Positions 28,691 through 38,100 of a stretch of 64,000 bases of DNA are shown here, in pieces. A program made the translations under genes and the position numbers. The notes beneath the pieces were generated by a model. It was given only the letters and a program-made list of their open reading frames with translations, searched no databases and was not told the origin of the DNA. Position 1 is the stretch's first letter. Every line of letters begins with the position of its first letter. Location of the stretch: positions 311 through 64,310 of the IMG/VR virus record IMGVR_UViG_3300047440_000434. One strand, given 5' to 3'. This stretch comes from a virus. Lineage: Duplodnaviria > Caudoviricetes.

Positions 28691-31600
28691 ATGGCGCTGT
28701 ATCTGGGATCTTTCGCTGGTGGGATGTTCAGCGGCGCGCAGAGCATCTTCGGCCTGTATAAAGAGTATCAGGGCGTCAAGCGCCAGTCGGAACTCGACGA
28801 CATCGCCGACAAGCGCAAGGCCGCGCGCGACGAGGAAGAGGCGGGGATCAAAAAGGGCGTCGGCGGCTCTCGCGCCGTGCCCGGCACGCAGGACTTTACC
28901 GGGACCGGCGGCGAACAATACGGCCCGCCCGCGCCGACGCCAGCATCCGCGCCGGGGGGCGAACAATACGGCCCGCCGGAAGCGCCGGAACAGTATGGCC
29001 CACCGGAAGCGCCGGAACAGTATGGCCCGCCGGAAGCCTACGGCCCGCCCGAATTATACGGCCCGCCCCGACCGGGCGAACAATACGGCCCGCCCGCGCC
29101 GCCCCAGCCCAACAACGTCCGCGCCGGACGCACGGGCTCTCCCCCCGGTCGCCCCGCGTCGCCGGGTATGCGCGGTCGCGGCGGTTCGGGTGTCGCCACG
29201 CCGCGTGGCCAGTACGGCCCGCCGGAAGACCCCAACATGGTGGGCGGCATCTCGCGGCAGACGTATCCCTGGGACCCGGCGAACCCCATCGGCACACAGG
29301 CAATCGGCGCGAACGGTTCCGCCGTCGACCCGCGCTCCATCCAGCCGGGTGCCGCGTCGGACGTCGCGGCGCACGAGGGCGTGCAGCCAGAGCCGTCCCC
29401 GCCCCCCTCGCGGTATCCCACGGAGGTCACCAACCAGCCGGTGGGCACGACGGTTGGTCTGGGCGGTGGCCCCAGCGCGTTGTCCCGGCCCAGCGCGATC
29501 TCGAACCAAAGCCGGATCTCGAACCAGCCGGTTGGAGCCACGACCCAGGGGGCACCAACCGGGATCTCCAGGACCGCGCCCACCAATCAGCCCATCCCGA
29601 GCCAACAGCCGGGCGGGCCTTACATGCCACCGGCCCAGCGCGATCCTCGGCCCCCGCAGCAGCAAGGCCCGACCGAAGCCATTCCGCCCGGCGAGACGGT
29701 GCGGGAGGGACCACAACAAGGCCCGCCCGAGACACAACAAGGGCCTTACATGCCGCCGCCCCAGCGGGACCCCCGGCCCCCGCAGCAGCAGGGTCCCACC
29801 GAGGCGATCCCAGGAGCGCCACCGCCGCAGGGCGTCGGTGGCCCGGTCATGCGCGGCGGTCCAGGCGTGCGCGGCGGGATGCCACAGGCGTCAGCCGAGC
29901 CGCCCTCGCTGGGACGTCGTTTGCTCAACTCCATCATCAGTCCCGCGCACGCCGAGGAGGTGCCGCACCCCGAGCGCGAGCCCGGTGCCATTCCGCCAGG
30001 AGGTGCCAGTCCTCCCGGAGGTGCCAACGCACCCGTGGAGTTCCCCCCGAAGGGGCCGGTCCAGAACGTGCCCCCCTCGCCATTGGCGGGGCAGACCACG
30101 GCGGCACCGCCCGCGCAGACGCAGGGCATCACGACGGCGAAGCCACCCGTGGCGGCGGCACCCACGGGCGGACCGCCGTCCGCGCCAGCGGTCACGCCAC
30201 CACATCCCACGGCGGGACCGGTCGCGGTGGCGGGCACCCAGGGCAAGGTCGAGCAGTCACAGTCCACGCCGCCCGTGCTGGCTCCCCCGGTGAGCGTTTC
30301 CTACTACAACCAGACCAAGGCGAGTCACCCGGAGCGCATCGCCATGGTCGAGCGCGCCATCAGGGCCGAACACGCCGAGGGGCTGGTCTCGCCCGAGTAC
30401 ATGCTGGCCACGATTGCCCGCGAGAACCCAGGCTGGAACAACAACATCGACCACGGCACGGGCGTGACGGGCTACCGGTCCAGCGCCAAGGGCATCGTGC
30501 AGATCATCGACAGCACGCGCCGGGGCATCGACCCGAACGGTGAACTCGACTGGCGCGACCCGGAGCAGAACATCCGGTTGGGCGTGCGGCTCTACAAGGA
30601 ACAGGCGAAGTCCCTCGGTGCCAACTCATTGCAGAACGCGATGGTCTACCGCGCCGGTTACACGTTCCTGAATGGCGTCAAGAACCATGGCTGGGATGGT
30701 TATGCCGCGCTGGGTCCAGAGCAGCGCAGTCAGGTCACCGACATGATGAAAATGTTCCCCGGCACCAAGCTGGCGGACATCCCGCTCCCGGCCACGGGCG
30801 CGGGCCACGGCAGCTACGACGCGGCGGGGTTGTATCAGCGGGCGCAGAAAGAAGGCCCCGATGGGTTGCTACGCGGGCTGGCCGAGACGGGACCGGCGGG
30901 CCTCGGCATGTCGGATCGCTGGCGCGCTTACCAGGGCGCGCTGGAGGATCACCTGATCCGGTCCGGCCACCCCGAAATGGCACCCATGGCGGCTGAGTGG
31001 ACCGCGCAGATGTCGCACCAGGGGACCATCTCCAACCTCATCGCCGCCGATCAGGCGATCATGGGCGGGGACGCGCACACGGCCATCCAGTATCTCGCCA
31101 AGGCGCACGCGTTCTTCCCCGACGGCACCTACGCGCGTTTCGGTGCCGACGATAAGGGCCAGATCTGGGGCTACCAGATCTCCGAACAGAGCGGCAAACC
31201 CACCGGCCCGCCCCGGATGGTCACGCACGATGACGTGGCGAAGATGATGGTCGGGCTGCAGAACCCGGTGACCTACGTGAAGACCATGCAGGAGATGCGG
31301 AAGAACAACGCCGCCATTGATCTGAGCGAAGCGCACGCGGACTACTACAAGCAGTTGCCGGGCATCAAAGAAGAACAGATGAAAGCGGCGCAGGAGAAGG
31401 AAGCCGCGCGGCAACAGGCGGCGCAGGAGAAGGAAGCCGCGCGCCAGCAGTCGGCGACCGAGAAAGCCGCCGCCGCCGAGAAAGCGAGGATCGAGAAGCA
31501 GGACCTCATCGCCGGGCACACCAAGGACGTCGATGACGAAACGGCCAAGGTCTACCCGCCCGAGCCGACGGACTCCGCGCGGTTCACGCCAGAGGAATAC

Positions 31601-32149
31601 CCGATGGCGGCGAACGTCTACCGCCAGCTTCGCAAGCACCCGGAGGTGGGTGGTGCCGACATGAGCGGCACCGACGCCTACCGTCTCGCCAACGGCCTCG
31701 CCGCCGGGGCGACGGAGGGCTCCAAGAACCCGCAGCTGAAGATGCAGTTGCTGCCCTCCAACAAGGAGGGCCAGGAACCGGCCTGGGCCATCACGGACAA
31801 GGACGGCAAGGTCCAGAGGCTGTTGACCTACCAGCAGGGCGAATACGTGCGCGGCATCATCGGGCTCGCCGGGTCGGCACCCTTGAAGGCGGGCGCGCCC
31901 CCCGGCGCGGCGGCACCCGCGCCAGCCGCCGCTCCCGCGCAACCAGCGCCAGCGGCACGGCCACGGGCGTTGCCTGGACCGGGCGGTTACGCGCCACCGG
32001 CTCCCCCGCCAGCGCCAGCCGCGCCCTTGCAGGTGCGGCCACCCGCGCCCCGGCAGACCGGCACGAACCCGCGTGGGCCAGAGCCGGACGATCCGATCTT
32101 CGGCAAGATGTCGGCCTTACCGAGGCAGGGCATATCCAGGATGGCATGA
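28691..32149 (+). CDS. Ejection protein with Pro-rich repeats and SLT-like transglycosylase domain
   Basis: ATIARENP...SSAKGIVQII...DPEQNIRLGVRLY at about 30340-30660; YGPP repeats. Confidence 0.75.
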   Translation: MALYLGSFAGGMFSGAQSIFGLYKEYQGVKRQSELDDIADKRKAARDEEEAGIKKGVGGSRAVPGTQDFTGTGGEQYGPPAPTPASAPGGEQYGPPEAPEQYGPPEAPEQYGPPEAYGPPELYGPPRPGEQYGPPAPPQPNNVRAGRTGSPPGRPASPGMRGRGGSGVATPRGQYGPPEDPNMVGGISRQTYPWDPANPIGTQAIGANGSAVDPRSIQPGAASDVAAHEGVQPEPSPPPSRYPTEVTNQPVGTTVGLGGGPSALSRPSAISNQSRISNQPVGATTQGAPTGISRTAPTNQPIPSQQPGGPYMPPAQRDPRPPQQQGPTEAIPPGETVREGPQQGPPETQQGPYMPPPQRDPRPPQQQGPTEAIPGAPPPQGVGGPVMRGGPGVRGGMPQASAEPPSLGRRLLNSIISPAHAEEVPHPEREPGAIPPGGASPPGGANAPVEFPPKGPVQNVPPSPLAGQTTAAPPAQTQGITTAKPPVAAAPTGGPPSAPAVTPPHPTAGPVAVAGTQGKVEQSQSTPPVLAPPVSVSYYNQTKASHPERIAMVERAIRAEHAEGLVSPEYMLATIARENPGWNNNIDHGTGVTGYRSSAKGIVQIIDSTRRGIDPNGELDWRDPEQNIRLGVRLYKEQAKSLGANSLQNAMVYRAGYTFLNGVKNHGWDGYAALGPEQRSQVTDMMKMFPGTKLADIPLPATGAGHGSYDAAGLYQRAQKEGPDGLLRGLAETGPAGLGMSDRWRAYQGALEDHLIRSGHPEMAPMAAEWTAQMSHQGTISNLIAADQAIMGGDAHTAIQYLAKAHAFFPDGTYARFGADDKGQIWGYQISEQSGKPTGPPRMVTHDDVAKMMVGLQNPVTYVKTMQEMRKNNAAIDLSEAHADYYKQLPGIKEEQMKAAQEKEAARQQAAQEKEAARQQSATEKAAAAEKARIEKQDLIAGHTKDVDDETAKVYPPEPTDSARFTPEEYPMAANVYRQLRKHPEVGGADMSGTDAYRLANGLAAGATEGSKNPQLKMQLLPSNKEGQEPAWAITDKDGKVQRLLTYQQGEYVRGIIGLAGSAPLKAGAPPGAAAPAPAAAPAQPAPAARPRALPGPGGYAPPAPPPAPAAPLQVRPPAPRQTGTNPRGPEPDDPIFGKMSALPRQGISRMA
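28910..29226 (+). repeat. YGPP tandem peptide repeats (8 copies)
   Basis: GAACA(A/G)TA(C/T)GGCCC units; a further duplication of about 70 bp at 29615-29687 / 29741-29813. Confidence 0.85.
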
Positions 32150-32152
32150 ACC

Positions 32153-35100
32153 ATGGCGTATGATCCCGACGACGATGCCGAACTCGATACTCCGGTAGTA
32201 AGCGAAGGCCCGGCTGACCCGGAGCGAGAGTCGGCGTGGGACTGGCGCGAGCAACAGGCCACACAGCCCACCGCGCTGCCGCAACGCCCGTTGCAGGGAC
32301 CGGCGCAACCGGCGCAGCCGGAACAGGCACCAGCGCCTAAAACGGGACTGACGCGGGTCAACGCCCCGTCGCTGGCTGACCGGGCGTTCGCCAAGCGGGC
32401 ACCCCGGCTTGAGGATTACGATACCGCGAACCCGATCATGACCGTCGGGAACGCGCGCGAGCCACCGCCGCCCGAGGCGGGCGTCGGGTCGAACCTGCTG
32501 AGCGTGGTATGGAAGGGCGTGCTGTCCAACGCCGCCGATATCATGGGCGCGGCGCGTTTCGCGGAACAACAACTCACGTCCGATCCCGAGACGAACACCT
32601 GGATCGAGGAGCAGCGCAAGTCACTCGAAGAGCAGGTCGCCAAGGATTACTCGGACCCTAAACTCCAAAAGATCATGTCGGCCAGCTGGATGTCGATGTT
32701 CGGCGGCAGCACCGACGCCAAGGGCAACCATATCCCCACCCCCGGTGAGGTCGGGTGGATGAACTACTTCATGTACAACACGGCCTCGATGATCCCCACG
32801 GTCGCGCTGGCCGTGCTACCGGCGACGACCACGGCCAAGGTCGCCACCAAGCTCATGTCGTCGATGGGCGCGGTGTCGAAGACGGCCAAGGCGGTCGGCA
32901 CGGCTGCGAGCATCGGCGAGTCGGCGGGACAGTTCGGCCTTCAGAACATGGGCGCGCTCTACAACAGCGTGTCCGAGGAAGTGATGCGGACGCCGGAAGC
33001 GGAGATGCGCAAGTCTCACGCTTACGTGGAACTGCGTAACACCGGTCAGTCCGACGAACAGGCCAAACAAACCCTCATCAAACAGACCATTCCGCCGATG
33101 GCGCTTCAGGCGTTGCTGGTGGGCGGCGCGGTCGGAGCCGGGTTCCTCGGCATGGCGGCGCGCGGCGGGATCGCACCGCTGGTGGGTCAGGGACTGAAGG
33201 CGCGCATCGTCGGCGCGGGCGTCGGCGCGACCGAGATGGGCGCGATGATGGGCGGGCAAGCCGCCGCCAATACGGCCCTGGGCCAACAGGCCGAGCAGGG
33301 TATCGGCATCCGCGAGGGCTACGACACCGACGCGATCCGCGCCAACGCCGTCGCGGCGGCGGGCGGAAGCCTGGGCATGGGTGCCACGTTCGGGGCCTAC
33401 CATCCGCCCGTGGCGAGGCCGCGCGCCGAGCCGCGCCCCGCGCCGGACGTGGCCCCCGATCACGACGCGGCACTGAGGGCGGCGTTGCCGCAGCCAGACG
33501 CCGCGCCCGATACGAGTATGCCACCACCCGAGCGCAACCCGCTGGCGACCGCGCCGCCGCCCGAGGCCGCGCCGGGCGAGCAGCAGGAGATGTTCCATCC
33601 CACCCAGCACGGCCCCACGGTCGAGCCGGGCATGGCACCCGAGCCCCCGGCTCCCGAGCGCACGGAGTTTCCACCCTCCATGTCGCCCGTGGACACTGGT
33701 GATCGCACGCCCGGCTACAGGGAACCACAACACCCATCGTATGCGCTCACCGAGCCAGAGCCCGGCAAGCGTCCGGCGGTCAAACCGCCAGAGCCCGGCT
33801 TGCCCATCGTCACCGAGCCGACGGCGGACCCTGGGCTGGGGATGCACGGAGCGGAGCAGCCGGACCTGCTGGGCGGCGAGCCGACGCGCTACGCGCCGCC
33901 ACCAGAGTCCACACCCCCGGCACCCGTGGAAGCGACAGCCGCCCCACGAACTGTCGACAGTTCACGGGGCGGATCGCGCGCGGCACCGGGAGAACCACCT
34001 CCATCGGCGGGTATGAAGGTCGGGGATATCCGTGACGCGCTGATGTCGGAACACGGCATGAGCCTGTCCGACGTGAAGGGCATGAGCGCCGCCGACGCGC
34101 GAGCGCGCTATGATAAACTCTCGGCGCAAGCTAGGGTTGGCGAGGGTTCAGCCCCCACGACTGGCGAGCGGTCACGCCCCGGCGAACCAGTAGTGGCCCC
34201 GCCGACCGGAGAGGCTCACTCCCCTCAAACGTCGGCGGGGGTTGAGACCCCGGCCACGAAAGCCGTGGCGGCGATGGGTGAAGCCAAGGCGGCGGCGGGC
34301 GAGGCCAAGGCGGCGGGCGAGTTGCGGGCGCGCCTGGACTCGTCGAAGAAAGCCCTGGACGAAGCCAAGGCGGCACGCGAGGCCACTCCCACGCACGGCC
34401 CCGAGCCGCGCGTCACCGAACTCGCGGCGGAAGTGGCGGCGACCAAGGACTTCCGGCCCGCGTCGGAACCTACTCCGGTAGTAAAAACCCCAACGGTGTC
34501 CGAGACGCTGAAAGAGGCACAGGCGGCGAAGGGTCCGCCCGATGCTCAGAAGCGCAAGGAACTGCGCGCCCTCGGTGTCCCCAAAGCTGGCAAGATGAAC
34601 AAGGCCGAGCTTCAGGAAACCTACGCGCGCGTGATGAAGGAGCAGGAGGAAGCCAAGCGCGGCTTCGTCGCCGAGCCCGTCAAGCCGCCCGAGCCCACCA
34701 AGGCGAGGATCACGCTCGAAGCCGAAGCGCCCAAGGCCGCGCCCAAGGCGGCTGAACCCAAGGCCGCGCCCAAAGTGCCCGAGCCCAGGGTCGCGCCCAA
34801 AGCGGCTGAACCGGCGGTCAGGGGCACGCTCAGGGCATCTCCCAAAGCCGCCGAGAAACTCAAGGAAGCCGCGCCCAAACCGGTCGAGAAGAAGGTCGAT
34901 GCGCGGGCCGAACTATCGGAAGAGGAAGCCACGGCTGATCGCGCCAAGGAGATCGCGCGCGGTAAGGCCATGGAGGATATCGGCTTCGTCACGCGGAACA
35001 CGGTCAACCGCGCGCCGCCCGGCACGCCCATGCACAGGGCCATGCGTCAGGCGGTCGAGGATCTGGGGCGGCTGGTCAACCTGACCGATGGTTCGCGCGA

Positions 35101-38100
35101 GCATATCACCGACGTGACCAACCGCATGTTGGAGCCCCGGTCCGGCGATACCGAGATCGCGGCCAAGGCTCGCGCCGAAGTCGCCAAGGCTTACTACGAG
35201 CGTAACATTGGCGAGAAATACAACGAGCGCACGGGCGATGAAGAGGGAGCCCCGGTCAGCGAAGCCGCCGCCGCGCAAGCGGAAGAGGTCGCCGAGCGCA
35301 CCGCGTCCGCCGCGCAAGGTCCGGCCAAGGCCGAGGACATCGAGGCCAAGGGCACGGGCGGCGGCACGGGCGAGAGCGCCGGGCAGACCATGGGCCTGGA
35401 GACCAAGAACCAGGACGTCACCAAGACATCCAACTCGGATCGCAAAGCCGGTGACTGGTTCAAGAAGATCCTCGATACGTCCGACCCGACGACGGTGCAT
35501 GACGCCGCCGATACTTACGACAACGTAAACGGCAGGGGACGCCCCCGCGACAAGGAGTATGCCACCCTCGCCGACGCGCTCGCCACCGAGATCAAGCGCG
35601 TCAACACCGCGTCTAACTCCAAGCTGTTCCGGGATAATCTGGCCGAGATCGCCAAGCGGAAGATCGAGGGGAAGCCGGGCACTGACGCTTACGAGGCGCG
35701 GGTCAAGAAGCGCGACGCGGCGATGGACCGGATGACGGACGCGCTGAAGGACTTCGAGCCCGAGCGCATCCAGCAACTGGAAGCCGCGCTCAAGGAGCTT
35801 ACCGACGCGGGCCGGGGCAAGCGCGCTGATATCGGCGCGAAGATGGGCGAGCGTATCGCCCGGTCGCACGAACTGGCACCCGACGCGCCGCGCGTCCTGA
35901 AGATGGCGCGTGACCCGCGTCTGAGCGCGGGCGTCGAGAACCTTATTCGCACATCGGAACGGAACGATGTCGAGTTGACCGACCGGGACGTGCTGAACCA
36001 CATCATCAACGATCCGCTCGTTCGCAAAGAACGTCCGGCGTTGCGGGCGCTGGCCCAGCAACTGATCAAGGTGGCGCGGGACGTGCAGGTCATGACGCCG
36101 CTGCGCGCGTTCGAGCAAGGCCGCATCACCAAGGAAGACTACAACGCCTACACGGCGTTTGGCCGGTTCGATGCCAAGGACGGCAAGGGCAACGACTTCA
36201 TCACCATCAACATCGACAGGGACCACCCGCAGGGCACGCACCTTGAGACGGCGCTGCACGAGATCACGCACTCGGCTTACTCCGACTACATCGCGTCGCT
36301 GGAGAAACAAGATCCGACCCACCCGGATCTGCTGGCGCTGGAAGCCATGCGGACGGAGATCGGCTGGCTCGCTTACGAAGCGCACAAAAAGGGCGAACTG
36401 GACAGCGTGGCGTACGAGAACATCCGTTACGCGACCAGCGATCCGCACGAATTTCACACCATGATGATGAGCAACGCCGACCTGCACGCGTTCACCGCGT
36501 CGCGGAAGGCACCCACGGACCTTACCGACGCGCTGGCCCGGCTGGGTCACTGGCCGCGCACCGGGACCCTGCGGTCCATCTGGAACAGCTTCACCAACAT
36601 GGTGCGCAAATCGCTGGGCTTCGAGAAACCGAAGTCCGAAGCTGAATACACGCTGTTCGATCACGTCATCCAGCCCGTCACCGACATCGCCAATCGCGCG
36701 GCGAAGTTCAACCGGCAGCTGTTCCCGCGCGACGAAGCGGGCGTGTTGTTGCACGACCGGGCGATACGCACCGACGCCGAGCCGCTGAACTGGGGTATGC
36801 GCGACGTGCTGGGCGACAGAGCGGGCGAGGTGGCCACCCGCGCCCTGGCTCTGGCGGGCGACCGGCTCAAGCCGCCAGCCGTGCACAACCTGCTGCAGAC
36901 CATCCACCTCGACCGGATGGTGGATCGCTACGGTAGTAAATTCCAGGACGGCGCGGTCAACCACATCAAGAACGTCCGCACGGCGGTGGAGCGGGCCGGG
37001 GTGGCGAGCCGCCGGTTCCTCGACAAGTTCAGCGCCGAAGCGGGCGAGATCACCCGCGAGCTTGTCAAACACGATGACGTGGCCGAACTGATGAACGACG
37101 CGGGTTATGCCCGTGCCGCGCTGGGCACGCGCGATGCCGCCGCCAACGCGCATCTGACCTCACGCGAGGAGCGCGCGACGCTGGCGGCGTTGCAGACCAA
37201 GTTCGATACGATGCCCGCCGAGAAGCAGGAACTGTACAAGAAGACCCGAGATTTCCTGAACAAAAAGTATGCCGCCGAGCGGGACGCGGTATCCAACAAC
37301 CTGATCAATCGTTTCATGCCGGGTTCGTCGGACGCCGAGAAGGCGACGATGCGCGACATCCTGAAGAGCAAGACCAAACTCGATGCGTTCCTGAAGAAGC
37401 CCGAGAACTTCGCCATCGCCGACGAGAGCAAGCGCATCGCCAAGGGCATGGCCCATCTGACGCGGCTGGGCTTCGTCGACGGCGACTACTTCCCCATGCG
37501 CCGCTACGGCGACTTCGTGGTGGAGTATGGCGGGCAGCACGGCGATCCTGGGTATGGCGTGCAGTTCTTCGAGGGTGCCAGCGAGGCGGCGGCGTTCCGC
37601 AACAAGATGCTGGCCGACGGCGTGCCGGACGTGAGTTCGGTGCGCGAGCGCAACTCCATCGTCCAGCGTGGCGAGATGCGCCTGTCGCCCGTGGTCGAGC
37701 AGATGATCGACGCGGTGAAGAAGGACCCCGCGTTGCGGGCGCACGCGGCGCAACTGGAGGAAATGGCGGGGCACCTGCAGCTTCAGTACGCGTCGGGCTG
37801 GGAGAAGGACGCCGCCAAGCGCAAGTATGTGCTGGGCGCGTCCAAGGACGTGGCCCGCGCCATCGCCACCGACCTGGAAGCCTCGGGCCGTCGCATCGGC
37901 ACCATCGAGCACGGCGGCGAGCGGGACGCCGCGCTGGAAGCGATGAAGCACTTCAACGACGCCACGGGCCGGGACCCCAACAACGCCGACAACACGGACC
38001 GGGACCGGGTTTATCACGAGTTGCAGCAGCGGTTCCAAAAGGGAGCCGAGATCAACCACACCGGCTGGCGCGGCATGGCCCGGCGCTTCTCCGCGTTCGG

